From Octopus sinensis (Eukaryota), in assembly GCF_006345805.1 (NCBI RefSeq), contig NC_043009.1, positions 16,554,001-16,618,000 of the forward strand: 64,000 nucleotides of DNA. Reading direction: 5' to 3'. Positions 24,240-37,852 of the stretch are shown here, piece after piece; within the stretch, counting starts at the first letter, position 1; the number at the start of each line of letters is the position of its first letter. The notes under the pieces were generated by a model that did no database searches, was not told where the DNA came from, and worked only from the letters and a program-made list of their open reading frames with translations. Made by a program: the position numbers and the translations under genes.

Positions 24240-24535
24240 CTGTACATCTTCATTACTCATTTATATTTTAATCACCTACCTTGAAATCTGCACTTCGGAA
24301 ATACTAAAGGAAGTATCTTTATATAAAGTACATGTCTGAACTACCAAGCATAGATCTCTTCATTCAGCTGGGTTGCATTGTCTGCACACACAGCAGGAAT
24401 ATCAGGTGCAAACACTCCTGCACAGAGTTACGATATCCAATATGCAATTAATATTGTTTGTGTGTGTGGATTATACCAACCTAACAAGGTGTCTCAATTT
24501 AAGTACCCAATTCAATGGAATCTTAATTATATAAA

Positions 24536-24571
<36 letters not shown>

Positions 24572-24630
24572 TGTATGTATGTATGTATGCATGTATGTAT
24601 GTATATGTATGTATATATATATATATATGT

Positions 24631-25025
24631 ATCATCAACATCATCGTCGTTTAACGTCCGTTTTCCATGCTAGCATGGGTTGGACGGTTTGACTGTGGGC
24701 TGGCGAACCAGATGGCTGCCCCAGGCTCCAGTCTTGATCTGGCAGAGTTTCTACATCTGGATGCCCTTCCTAACGCCAACCACTCTGAGAGTGTACTGGA
24801 TGCTTTTACATGCCACCGGCACGGGGGCCAGCCAGGCGGTACTGGCAACGACGTTGCACAAATTTTTTCTCTTTTTACACATGCCAACGGCACAAGTGCT
24901 AGTAAGGCGATGCTGGTAACGATCCCGCTTGAATGGTGCCTCCACCATGCCACCGGCACGAAAGCCAGTTAGCCACTCTGGCAACGATCACGCTCAGATG
25001 GTGCTCTTAGCACCCTACTAGCACG
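24631..25025 (-). mobile_element. RTE-clade LINE 3' UTR fragment
   Basis: Same terminus plus internal gccaccggcac/gccagt repeats. Confidence 0.8.
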
Positions 25026-25054
25026 GGGCACACACACACACACACCCACACACA

Positions 25055-25400
25055 CACTGTGATCAAAAGTATCCAGACGCCCACCTCATAATGAAGTACA
25101 AGTTTAGACCCCCCTCCATCAGAGTAACAGTGACATTCAATATGGTGTTGGCCAACTCTTAGCCTTGATGACAGCCTCCACTCTTGCGGGTATACTTTCG
25201 GTCAAGTGGCAGAAGGTTTCCTGGGGAATGGAAGCCCTTACTTTGTGGAGGGCCAAAATGAACAAGAATAGCAATGTGGTTTGGTGTGGTCTAGCACGAA
25301 GTCAGTATTCCAAAACATCAGAGATGTTTGATGGGGTTTAAAGCAGAGATCTGCACAGGCCAGTCCATTAGTGTTTTTTCTTAAATGGTTTATAAACACC
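25055..25400 (-). mobile_element. Tc1-like transposon end fragment
   Basis: Terminal cactgtgatcaaaagtatccagac resembles Tc1-type TIRs; adjacent sequence resembles the antisense transposase C-terminus. Confidence 0.5.
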
Positions 25401-25982
25401 TTCCACGCTGCAATTGTTTTCGTTCCAGCACACAATCTCAGATCAGGTCACTTGATATGCAAGTACATCTCCGTAATACATATAAGTATGTATGTATACC
25501 CACACAGACACATATACATACGTGTGTGTGTTAGAGAGAGAGAGAGAGAGACGGTCGCATATATTCATGATACTGACTTAATATATCCCTGAGACATACA
25601 AGGAAGAAATATGTGAACGGGCTTTTCTCCCAAATAAAAGCGGTATCATTAAAGGGAGGTCACTCTGTTTTCTAAGTAGTTTCCCTTGAAAGCTTCTTTT
25701 TCTTTTGAATCTGAGACTAAATTTAATTAAGTAGTTTAAAGACGTTCCAGCCAGGACCATCGTGCCCTTTAATTACCCAAAATATTATTGTTCAGTGTAT
25801 CCTTTCTTTTCTAAGGTTGTGACCTGGGATAGATTTTGCTGTAGTTTAAGTCCTTCGCAGGCTTGATAGTATTTTATTGTCATTTCAAACAAACGAGAGC
25901 CTTACGGTGGTCTCTCACCCTGCTGGAATCAACTGTCAAATCTCCTTTAAACCATAACCTTACTGCATAATAAAAGGAAGGT

Positions 25983-26111
25983 GGCGAAAGTAAAGAATAT
26001 GCACACCACCCGTTTTCGGCGTTTAGGGTTAGGGTTAGGTTTAGGGTTACGGAAACGGTTAGGATTAAGGCTACGTCGAAAACGGTGGTGTGCGTATTCT
26101 TTACCTCCGCC
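25983..26111. mobile_element. hairpin MITE-like element enclosing TTAGGG-like repeats
   Basis: ggcgaaagtaaagaatatgcacaccacccgttttcg and cgaaaacggtggtgtgcgtattctttacctccgcc arms; loop contains tttagggttagggttaggtttagggtta. Confidence 0.7.
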
Positions 26112-27114
26112 GGAAAGTTCATACTGGATAATGTAATCCTAGATTGTCTGTATCTACACAGAAAATGGAATTTTCCCAGGTGGAACCCGTTCTCTTGATT
26201 AGGGCTGACCTGAGGCTAAGCAATAATTTAAACTATTCTGAGGAGAACAGCAGGAGGACACTGTAAATATATAGCTGGCAAGGTCTGAGTGCATGTTCTC
26301 CTATGTATCTGCCCTACTCTACAATCATTCACACTGTGGCTCTGTTAAACCAATTTTATCCCTGCAAGACTAATTTTTCATTTTTTTTTTATCTTTCTCT
26401 TATCCCTGACATCATCATCATCAACATTTAACGCTGTTTTCCACACTGGTATGGATTGGATGGTTTGACAGAAACCAGCTAGGCCAGGGGCCACTGGCTT
26501 TCACAGTCTATTTTGGCTTGGTTTCTACAGCTGGATGCCCTTCCTAACACCAACCACTCCACAGAGTGTACTGGGTGCTTTTTACATGGCACCAGCATAC
26601 ACCAATAATATTTTACAGGTGTCAAAAATAACCAGTAAACTGTCAACTTATTACATTATTAAGTTCAGTAAATTGTATTTCATTTGGATATTTGGTCTTC
26701 CAGTTTGTGGCCATCAGCATGGTTGCATGGCTAAAATCTATCACTACACTACTATTTTGTTTTAGGTTCAAAAGCCTTGTGCAGCATCTTGGCCAAATAC
26801 CTTCTTCTGTAGACTCAGAGGAACTGAAGTCTTCTATATGAAATTTGGTAGATGGAAACTGAATGGAAAGCTCATTGAGTTTTAAACTTAATATAGCATC
26901 ATGTTTAGCATCCACTACTTAGCAATTGTCATCAGAGGATAAATTACTTTTCTCTCCCTCTCTCTCTTCCACCAGTCTTAGAGACTCTAAAAAGATCAAA
27001 GATACTACCCTTCTTCCTCAGGTTAACTCATCATAAAAGAAGAAAATGAAATAAACATACGTGAGATTCTTATTTGAAAACTATTTGACTGAACTCTATG
27101 CTTGAAACTTAATA

Positions 27115-30030
27115 TATAATAATGAAATTATTGTATACAGTGCTCAGGTGCAGCACAACTTGTCAAAAGTGCGTATAAAGCATATGCAGTAATGTACAAA
27201 TGTCTGGGAAGTGAACAGTGTATGAGTCAGATACCTGCTTGTGTGTGTATGGAGGGGAGAAAATCAGGTGTGGTGTTGGCGAATCTCAGGAAGCATGGAA
27301 GTTTTGAAGGATGCCGTGCTCCGACAACTAACAACTGATGCCGGCAGTTTGTTCCATGCTTCAGCAACTCTTAGCGTGAAAAAATGTTTTCGAAAGTCAT
27401 GGGAGCTGTGCTGTTTTCTGACTTTGTAAACATGTCCACAGGTGTTAGACAGGTGGAGTTTGAAAAGGTGCTCAGAGTTATTGTTAGTAAGATGGTTAAT
27501 AATTTTATGGGTGTCTGCCAAGTCAGCTGCCAGACATCGGAGTTTCAATGTATCCATGCCCAGGGAAGTAAGACGTTCAGAATATGGCAAATGCCTGATG
27601 GAGGGTATTCTCTTGGTTGAACGTCGCTGGACGGCTTCCAGACGATTAATATCCTGGGCAAGATAGGGGTTCCAGACCGGTGATGCAAATTTCAGGTGAG
27701 GCCGCACTATAGTTAGATAGCCAGAGAGCGGCTCACAAAGGACTTGGTAAATGATGCCAAGACACCCTCAGCCTTCTTGGTAATTTTAGCAATGTGTTTG
27801 GCCAACGCAAATTGCTGTGGATAATAATGCCCAGGTAACGTTCACACGAAGACTTTTTGGGATTAGTGTTGTGGATGGAGTAAGTAGACGCTGGGTTTTT
27901 CCTCCCAAAATGCATGGTGGTACATTTCTCCACAGCCAGCTTGAGTTGCCAGTCCATGATCCACTGCTGCATTGTGTCCAGGTCTGATTGCAATAAAGAT
28001 CTATAGTGTACAGGATCTGTCCTCTTTATTTCAAGGTACAGCTTGATATCATCTTCATATTTCAGCACTGTGGCATTCTTTAAGTTGGCATCTATGTCAT
28101 TAACATATGCAACAAATAAAAGGGGGCCAAGAACAGATCCCTGTAGTACACCTGATGTCATCTCATAGGGTGAAGAGTGCTGTCCTAGAACTGTGACAAC
28201 CTCTTTTCGGCCGATAATGAAGGACTTCAACCAGTTATAGAGATCATCTTTTACACCCATTGCAGAGAGTTTCACCATAAGTCTTTTGTGTGGCACAGAA
28301 TTAAAAGCCTTAGCAAAGTCCAGGTAAACAACATCCACCCAGGAGCCACCATCAGTGATTCGGGTAATGTCCTCAAGAAACTCGATGAGTTAATTACAGC
28401 TACTGGAGTTAGGAATAAATCCAAATTGTGATGGCTGGATGAGGCTGTAAGACTTCGAGAAGTTCCAAAAGGTTTCTCTGACACAGGATTCCATCAGTTT
28501 GGCAATGCAGCTAGTAAGACTGACAGGGAAATAGTTGACAGGCGATGTGCAGTCACCTTTTTTGAACAGAGGGATAACACTGGCAGTTTTCCACTGCTCT
28601 GGAGTAACACCATTGTCAAGACAGAATTGAAAGAATAATGAAAGTTGGTTTAGAAGAAAGTACCCACCGCGTTTGAGAAGTAGGTATGTAACACCATCGA
28701 GACCAGGAGAGGCATAGTTATGTTTATTTTTAAGGTGGCGTTGTAGCATTGCTGGTGTAAATTTCATAGTAGTTATAGAGTCCGATGTCAGAGGTGATGG
28801 AGATGGAAGATTTTGATCTTCGACTGTAAAGACGCCTGCACAGCATCCAGCAATGATTTCTGCACACTCTTTGGGATTGTCAGTAATCTGGCCTGTGTGG
28901 GGGGGGGATTGCGAAGGGGGCCAACTGGAGAGTGAGGTCTCTGTTTTGAATGTACATACTTCCTGAACACTTTGCTGTCAGGGTTGGTTGCTATGCGCTG
29001 TTCGAATTCAAGCACTGCCTTTTTTGTCACCTGCTTGAGTGGTTGGCTGATCTATTGTGCTTTTTCCTGTTGATCTCTGATTTGTGCAATTTGTATTCCT
29101 GTTCAGCCTTACGGCATTCTTTCCTGGCAAGTCGGACTGCTGCAGTCTCCCAAATTGCACTATTGGGTGGTTTTTTGTGCTTGCGTGGTACTGATGCTGC
29201 ACATGCCGCCCATATTGAATTCAGAATGTTCTGAAGTATAGTATTTTGTGCCTCCCAGAGGCATAAAATTTGAGCCAGTTTGGGCGTCGCAGCTCGGTAC
29301 AATAAGAGCTCCAATCTGCTTTATTCCAGTCAAAGCAGGTAGTTTGAAGATGGTTGTGGTTTTTGTTACAACCAATCAGAGACAAGTCGGCCATGATCAT
29401 AGAATGATCAGAGTCATCTAAAGGTTCTTCAGTAGTGACACTAATAATTGTTTCAGGAGAAACGGTAAATAGCAGATCCAAAGTGTTGTTACCCCTTGTG
29501 AGGGAGGTAATGACTTGGGACCAATTTGAATTCAGCACCAGTTCAAGGAAAATGCCTGCACTTTAGGGCCAATGGAAGGCCTCCCAGTCAATCTCAGGGA
29601 AATTGAAGTCCCCCGCAATATAAACATAAGTGGCTGTTTTCATGGCAGCAGCTCTGAGGATATCAAAAAGTTGTGTGTCTTGATGATAATTTGGTGGGCG
29701 ATAAACAACTCCAAGCAGAAGTGTTGACATGGTCATGTGTATATTGCAGGAAAATACTTCCTGTTGAGATTGGTTCAAATCATCACGAGGAATTGCCGAT
29801 AGATTTGAACAAATGTAGACCATCACACCCCCACCACAGTGATTAAAGCAGTCTTTGCAGAACAGGTTATGCTGAAAACCCTATTACAGAGTGCAGGATG
29901 TGCCCATGTTTCCGTGACTGTGATGAAATCTGGGTCGATACTTTTGACGTAAGAATCAAAAAGATGTACCTTGTTGCATAAACTATGGGCATTTGAGGAC
30001 AGCAGTTTCTATCTGGATTTCAGATGACGA
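27115..30030 (-). mobile_element. CR1-like LINE, nearly complete but disrupted ORF2 (APE endonuclease and RT)
   Basis: Fragments: VTETWA, LGVVYRPP, IAGDFNFPEIDW, TRGNNTLDLLF, SDHSMI, SPGLDG, WKTASVIPLFKKG, QFGF, YLDFAKAFNSVPH, GVLQGSVLGPLLF, YEDDIKL, RPHLKFASPVWNPY, FFTLRVAEAWNKLP. Confidence 0.92.
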
Positions 30031-30299
30031 TGATATACAGGGGATGGCTGATTGTTCTTGTTTAGTTTCCCATGATTTTCATATTGCCAGTTATTGTGGG
30101 TGCAGTATGCTCAGACCAACTGATATCCCTTAGCCACGACTCACCAGACTTGACGAATTTGAAACTGAACTTATGCTTCTTAAACTCTTGCATAAAGCAC
30201 AAGAGTCACAGTATTCCGTTTCTCTTCTGTTAAAGGCCTTATGCTTTTAGTTAATAAAATTAGTATAATTGGTGAAATATTTCAATGAAATTGAGCAAA

Positions 30300-30644
30300 T
30301 TTTAAAAAAACAAGTCTGTAACCCTTCAAATTTCTCCTTGGCATTGTGGAACATATTTTGAAGCCTTTCAGGAATTAGTTCCTGCACTGCTGACTGAATG
30401 TGTTCTTTAAGCTCAGCTAAATGATTGCTCCATCTTGGTGGGGTGGAGATAAAGAAAATGATTGCTGCCAAATTGAAAAAAAGCTGTCATGGATAAATAA
30501 GAAGGGTCCAACAGGAATGAAAATAAAATTATAAACAAAATTCAAAATTTATACCCTTTTAACACATATTAAACATGATAAACATAAATAAAAGTGAGTT
30601 TAAGAAAAAAATGCATCCGATTTCACTCAAATCATCACCTTGTA
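30300..30644 (-). mobile_element. possible internally deleted Tc1/mariner remnant
   Basis: LAELKEHIQSAVQELIPERLQNMF resembles a transposase C-terminus; caccttgta TIR-like end at ~30644. Confidence 0.35.
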
Positions 30645-31474
30645 TTTAGTTTGTCCAACTAAATGGGGGAGGGAACACAGATGGGGGGACTAATTGCAGG
30701 TGGGGAGTGTAGCTTCCGGAAGTGGTCACAGGGTCAAACTCAAATGGCAGTCACAACAGCAGTTTGTTTTTTTGTATGAACATTTTGCATTATATAGTTC
30801 AGACATGGATGACATAGAAAGCAGACATGCTGCTGGGCCATGCTGCATTGCACAGGATTGGAAACGTGAAACATCAACAGGGCACTTCTGGAGAATGGAT
30901 GAATGGGTTTGTGGTGCCTTTACCCAGCCACACACACAAGCACATGGCATGGTGGTGCATGGGATGATAACATGAAGCATCAACAGGGCGCCAACAAAAA
31001 TTTTAATGTTCTCATTTCCTCTGCCAAACTGAACAAAAAGATTTTTATGAAATACTATACCCTACTTATAATGCATAAGTAGTGTCAATATTTTATCGTC
31101 GGAAAATAGTATAAAATAAATATAAAACCCAGTGCAGTATATCTGCATTTTGTGAGGACCTGAAGTTGGCGCTGGAAATTTTTTTAGTCAACAGCAATTT
31201 GAGGATCCTGATTAATGTCTGTTGCAAATTTGGAGGAAAGTGACTGGATACTCTTCATGTTACAGGCCTTAACACTGTGAAAATGCTTGAAAAATGCAGT
31301 TTATCTGCCCCTGCACCAGCACTGGACCAGAAGTTGAAAATGTTTTTGGCGCATTACACTCCATAAACCTTATGTAAAGCATGTGTAAAATTTCATTAAA
31401 ATCGGTTGGGTGGATCTCGAGTTATAACATGACAAACACACAGACAGATGCACATCTTGTGTTTTATATATATA

Positions 31475-31877
31475 CTAGCAGTATCGCCCGGCGTTGCTCG
31501 GGTTTGTAAGGGAAATAACTATATAAGCATTTTTAGAGAGTTATAGCCAAAAAATAGGAAAAAAATGCATTAAAAATGGAAATGGAAAAAAAATTAAGGT
31601 AAATTTCTTTTTAAATCGTTGACACATCGTAGATATTTTTAGAGAGTTACTTCCCTTATATAATAGCGAAAAAAATGCATTAAAATGGAAAAATATGATG
31701 GTAAATTTTTTTAAATCGTAGACTCATCGTAGACGCGCGCTAATACCCAGAAGGGCTCGATATGACTCACGACTATAAGATACCCGGTTTTGGTTACACT
31801 GCACCGCAAAATGTGGGAGTAGTTAGGAATCTAAATCGTAGGAGACAGACACACAACTTCACTCTTATATATAAAGA
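31475..31877 (-). mobile_element. complete non-autonomous Helitron (~400 bp)
   Basis: Minus strand: A|TC at the 5' end (31877), subterminal hairpin CCCGAGC-AAC-GCCGGG, CTAG|T at the 3' end (31475); inserted in an AT dinucleotide with no TSD. Confidence 0.85.
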
Positions 31878-31985
31878 TATAAGTCACGTAGTTATATACA
31901 CATACTTTGTTATATACACATTCTTAAAAGAAAATGTTATTTTGAATACAACATTTATAAAGAATAAAATATTTTTTGGTTTTTC

Positions 31986-32700
31986 TTAACCCTTTCGTTA
32001 CTATATTTCTGACCAAAATACACCCCTTATGTGTTTCAATTAATTTCTAACGTAATCATAAATTTAGTCTGGTTTCATTAAACAACTATAACTTTTTTAT
32101 TTATCAATATATTAACGTGAATTTTGGAAGATAATTTAATGAAATGTCCTCAACCAATTCTATACTATAATTTTTGTCACAAAGTGACTCTAATTGCAGG
32201 TAGATACAGGTAAATTCAACAATATATAAAATTATTAAAATTTTGTTCAAACATCGCTATAGAAAATGGGTTATTAGCTAATATTCAATTGGGTATACAA
32301 CAAAATTTTACGATAGAATTTGTTATTCTGGGTAACTTTCTGATACCCATAATAATATTTATGGCAAAATAGGCCTTAATTTAATTTAAGGTTGTGGGAA
32401 ATAACAAACTATCCTTTCTTTCGCTTTGTTTACGTTTAGCGTAATGATTTCAAATGGGCTCATTCGAAAAAGTAAATAGAAATAGTCTAAGGCTTTACTC
32501 TTCTGGGAAAGTCTGTGGCTCGGTGCAGTTTCTTCAGAAAAATCACCGAAAGAAACAGTTTTTAAATTTTCACTCCATTCAAGTACCAATTCGTTTTCTT
32601 TATCGCTGTCGGATTCACTGTTTTCACTTTAATAGCTGCCAACTTGCAAAGACAAAGGAGGAGAAGGGTGATAGCATCAGTGAAACAATTTGCTCCCTTT
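31986..32700 (-). mobile_element. piggyBac-like relic
   Basis: TTAA|CCC terminus at 31986; ORF fragment DFSEETAPSHRLSQKSKALDYFYLLF...FEII resembles piggyBac transposase N-terminal region. Confidence 0.5.
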
Positions 32701-33429
32701 GTGTGTGTGTACGTTTGCGTGTGGTGTAAACCACATTAAGAAAAACATTTGACATATACACCAGAATGTGAGTTTTCTGTAAATTTTGCTTAATTGGAGT
32801 TTAAATTTTAAAAACTGGACCTGGCATGACCCGATGCATTCTACTCTTAAAAATGCTAGGTAAATTGTAATTGAAGAAATCCTATATTGTAGATTTCTAT
32901 AAGTTACAAAGGGAGGCAGATAAAATCTGCCTTTTATAATAAGAGATATAGAGATATATATAGAGAGAGATAGATATCTATGAAATTAAAACAAACAGAG
33001 AAAGGGATTTTTTTTATAAGTGTCTCTATGTGGGGAATGTTGTAGGAACTGTTTATGCTGATCTCTGATGGAAATCACTTGTGGATACTTATCCTTTGTA
33101 ATATTTGAAAATTACATCTGATAAATAATAGTTTAATAATAAATATATTTGACTCATTTCATAAAATAAATCTATTAAAGGATTTCATCATGAACGTTTT
33201 TTAAGCTATAACTTAAAGCTGGTTGATGTACTAATGTACTAATACTAAGCCAATCCTTATAGCTCACAATCAGTATGGGGTGGGGGGCAACCATATAAGT
33301 CTTACTTTGAACATACCAGTTGAAAGTCCAACCTATTGTCAGTTGCCTCAACAGCAACAGCTGTTTCTGCTGTTCTTCTTTGCTTCGTTACTCCTACTTT
33401 GCCCAAAAATATTTTATGCACTTCTGTGA

Positions 33430-34045
33430 TCTACTAAACATCAGAAATTTAAAGAGGTCCCAGTCAAAGCATTTGATGAAAAGGGGGAGAGACAGACATA
33501 TAACAGAGAGAACTACTGGAAGTTCCTGTGAAGCAATCTACTGAGGGACACAGGCCAAATTAGTAGTTGGGGCAAAGTTTTAACTTGAACAAAGGTGATA
33601 GGGTGGTGCAGCATGGAAGTAGACAAGGCCATAAAAGCAAAGAGACTGGTTTTGAAACACTGGGGAAATGGGGGCAGCAAGGAATTATATCAAGTTGCTA
33701 GAAGAGAAGCTAAGCAACTGGTTTATTTAGCCAGGGAGAAAGTAAAAAGAAAGAGGTTTACCAATGCTTTGCAGTGTGAGGATCAGAGGTGTGAGATATT
33801 CTGAAATGCAATGCAGAGTATCAGAGAAAATTGAGATGTTGTGGCTGAAAAGTGTGGATAGATGGATAATGGTGTGATTGCACTTAATGATTCTGAAAAG
33901 AAAGAGGCATGGAAATGATACTGTGAAAGGTTATTAAAATGTGAAAAATGCAAGGAAGAAAAAAGTCTTCTAAATGTGGACCCAACAGAGGCACCAGCTA
34001 TTCTTATAGACATCAGTTTAACAGACAAGTCAATTAAGGATATGA
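33430..34045 (+). mobile_element. old RTE-clade LINE ORF2 fragment
   Basis: WCSMEVDKAIKAKR...KELYQVARREAK...DPTEAPAILID; homologous to the adjacent minus-strand copy. Confidence 0.75.
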
Positions 34046-34865
34046 AGGCTCTCACTAACCATTCATCTATCCCTAGTTTCCTCACTGAACACCAGATAAG
34101 AGATCAGAGGATCTTGTCAAAGGCTTTCTCCATGTCAACAAAAGCCAGGTACAGAGGTTTATCTTTAGCAAGGTATTTCTCCTGCAGCTGTCTTACCAGA
34201 AATATAGCATCAGTGGTGCTTTTCACTGGCATGAACCCAAACTGCATCCCTAATTAGTTGGGCTATGACCCTCTCCATGACCTCCATTATCTGATCCAAC
34301 AGCTTGATACCTCTGTAATTATTTGTATCTAAAGTGTCACCATTACCTTTGTAGCAGTTGACTATGGTGCTGCTACACCAGTCATAGGGTATGACTCCTT
34401 CATATATCAACTGATTAACTAGGCTATTGCCGACACCACCAGATATTTTGAGCATCTCTGCAGTGATTCCTGATAAGCCAGGGGCTTTCCCTGTCTTCAT
34501 ACCCTTAATTGCTTTATCTACCAAGGTACTATCAATTCGGATTGCTGGTCCCTCTGTTGGGTCAGCATTTGGCAGACTCTCTTTCTCCCATTCGTTCTTT
34601 TTATTTAGCAACTTTTCACAGAGGCGTCTCCAAACTTCTCTCTTTGCAGCCTCATTTAATGCAAATGAACCATCATCCATGTGGACACACTTCTCTCCTA
34701 CGACATCACAATTCTCTCACACACACTATTTTGCAACACAAAATACCCCAAGTCTTTGGTTCTCACAGTGCAGAACATTGGCAAATTTGTTCTTATTTGC
34801 TTCCCCTCTGACTAAATAAGCCTGGCCCCTAGCTTCCCTTCTGGCAGTCTGATACAATTCCCAGA
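34046..34865 (-). mobile_element. RTE-clade LINE ORF2 fragment (RT N-terminal half)
   Basis: KGMKTGKAPGLSGITAEMLK, DWCSSTIVNCYKG, NYRGIKLL, QFGFMP, STTDAIF, AFVDMEKAFD. Confidence 0.88.
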
Positions 34866-35989
34866 TAACTGAATTAATCTCAGTGCAGAGATACACATAT
34901 TTCATCTCCCAAACTGTACTGTCAATTTCCTCTCTTCTTGGAGCCACCATGGTATCTACCTTACATTCTCAATATCAACCCATACCACTATTGAACACCA
35001 TCTTATATTAGCTATTGACTACCCATCATATTTGTTTGCCACGCTTTCTCTACTCCTACATCCTTCTGATCTCTGCCTTTATTACTGCACATCCTCCAGC
35101 TACCCCCTCACTTCATATCATCTCCCTATTTCACATCTTTAGAGTTTAATACAATGCTACTCACCCCTACTCCCCATTTTTGTTCTGCCCTTTATCCTGC
35201 CACTTCCCCCTATCAAACTGATATTCACCACTGACCAAGCCACCCACCTCTCTTTTCTATTTGCTACATCAGCTATATCCCTACATCCCCTGTCTCTAAC
35301 TCTCTGCTGCTCACCTCACACTCTTGCAGACTTATCTGATCCTTTGTCCCTGTCCTTCTCTACTATTTCTCTGCACCCATTCCCCAAACCTTCACCCTCT
35401 TGTACTGTGAGGGTATAACCTGACATTTCAAAATCACCATCTCCTTTTTCCCATCTGGGGTAGCTTTATATCTCCTCTACAGCATGACCCCTCTATCATA
35501 ACACTTGTGTCTCAACACCTGGCATAATCTACTGCTCTCAATACTACACCCTCTCAATCAAGTGTTGTGAACAACTTGGCAACCTCACAAGAGATAGTAC
35601 CCCAACCCCCACCCGCCCGAAAAGTACCCAGTACAATGTGTGAAGTGATTGACTGGTGTTGGGAAGAGCATCCAACTGTAGAAACCCTGCCAAAACAGAC
35701 TTGGAGCTCAACACAGTCCTCTGACCAGTCAGATATTGCCAAATTGTTCAACCCATGCAAGCATGGAATATGGAGGCTGAGTAATGACAGACAACAGTGG
35801 TAGCAGCAACAGGAGTGGCAACGGTGGTGGCAACAGTAGTGATGATGACAATGATGATGATAAAGGCAGAGGAAGAAGAGGTAAGGAAGGAAGAGGAGGA
35901 AGAAGAGTAGGGAATTAAAATAATAATGTAATTATTATTTAAATGATGAAATCTTATACATAAAAAAAAAAAAACACGATTTTTTCGTA

Positions 35990-36202
35990 GTTGTTGCCAG
36001 TACCACCTGACTGGCACGTAATAGCACCCACTACACTCTCGGAGTGGTTGGCGTTAGGAAGGGCATCAAGCTGTAGAAACTTTGCCAGATCAAGATTGAA
36101 GCCTGGTGCAGCCATCTGGTTCACCAGTCTTCAGTCAAATCGTCCAACCCATGCCAGCATTGAAAGCAGACGTTAAACGATGATGAGGATGATGATGATG
36201 AT
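35990..36202 (+). mobile_element. RTE-clade LINE 3' terminus
   Basis: gagtggttggcgttaggaagggcatc...acccatgccagcattgaaagcagacgttaaacgatgatg. Confidence 0.8.
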
Positions 36203-36629
36203 ATGCAAATACATACAGCCACACACACACACAGATATATTATGCATACAACACATATACAGACTCATACACATTGCTTCATCAATTCCATCAGATTTGT
36301 AAAACATTACAAACAAAAAGAATTTGTCCTGCTACCATTACTACCACCACCACTACCACCACCACCACTACCACCACCACCACCACCCCTACTGCTACTA
36401 CACTTACATAACCTCCACCCCCATCATTACAGTCACTAGCACTAGTACTATCATCACCCCTACAATCTCTGTCCCCAATACTATTAACATGACTTCACGT
36501 ACACCACTGTTACCATCAACACCACTACACATACATTATCACTGATATCACAACATTACTACCATCAACACTGCTACATATGCACTATCACCACCACCCC
36601 TATAATCCTTACTACCTATTTCTTTACTA

Positions 36630-36830
36630 CCCACAAGGGGCTAAACACAGAGGGGATGAACAAGGACAGACAAACGGATTAAGTCGAGTATATCGACCCC
36701 AGTGCGTAACTGGTACTGATTTAATTGACCCCGAAAGGATGAAAGGCAAAGTCGACCTCCGCGGAACTTGAAGTCAGAACATAATGGCAGACGAAATACG
36801 GCTACGCATTTCGCCCGGCCTGCTAACGTT
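36630..36830 (-). mobile_element. SINE family B-related copy within ACC/CAT low-complexity DNA
   Basis: Reverse complement of gaaacgttagca...gcgaaatgc...gtcgactttgcctttcatcctttcggggtc. Confidence 0.7.
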
Positions 36831-37564
36831 TCTGTTACTACCATCAACACCATCACCATTACAATATCAGGCATATTTCTCCCATTGCAACAGTACCAAC
36901 ATCAACACCACCACCACAGGCAATCAAAGCTATCATCACATCACAATCAAAACACTACAAATAAGAGACAAGAGACCTCTATGTGGCAACCAAATCCATA
37001 AGAAATAGCAGCCAAATTTTTATCAAATTGCACATTATCATCTTGAACAAAGAAAGATACAATAGACAATGTAGTTCCTAGCAGACAACAAAATGATGAG
37101 ATGGTCATAACCTTTGACCACAAACTACTAGTAATCAAGGCTGGACAACAAAGACCAAGACCTAAACAACAGGTAACAGTATTATACATACTAACACCAC
37201 TATTATCTTCAGACTACTATTACTACTACTACTGGCCATACAATGCTACCCACCACCAGCACTGCTATGACCCCATCACCAACTCATTCATACCAAAATG
37301 TTTAAACCATCACCACCACCACCACCACCACTATTTCACAAACACCACCACCTCCCCCACCATGTTATCCCCGCCGCCACTTCACTTCATGCATGCTTCA
37401 TCAAAACTACAATTTCCATCTAATTAACTAATTATTGTATTGTTGTTGAGAAATTAGATCTAATCAATGTGTGTGTGTATATATTTGTGAGGGTGAGTAT
37501 TTGTGTAAGTATATATGAGTGGGTACTTGTGTGTGTGTTTAAGCATGTGAACAAGTACTTGTGA

Positions 37565-37598
<34 letters not shown>

Positions 37599-37816
37599 TA
37601 GAGAAAAGGAGAGAGGGGGCAGAGAAAGAGGTTTGGGGTCAGAGTTGCAAAGAGTGCAGTTTCTTGTGTCATTGTATATTTATTGATGTGATATGTCGTG
37701 TTGTCTTCCTTGATGATGGAGATGAATTATCGCTTCTCATGCATGAGTGGCATAATTAATAATCAATAGGTAACACACATATACACATGCCCATGTCTAT
37801 ATATATATATATATAT

Positions 37817-37817
<1 letters not shown>

Positions 37818-37852
<35 letters not shown>

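Noticed and set aside
24280-24417. Minus-strand candidate exon (TGCAG acceptor, AAG/GTAGGT donor)
   Set aside because: Stops in all three frames and no partner exons; could only be non-coding and is unsupported.
26022-26070. True telomere or chromosome fusion site
   Set aside because: Only a few imperfect units, enclosed in an inverted-repeat element.
36300-37440. His/Thr/Pro-rich ORFs
   Set aside because: Degenerate ACC/CAT/ACT low-complexity DNA interrupted by repeats.
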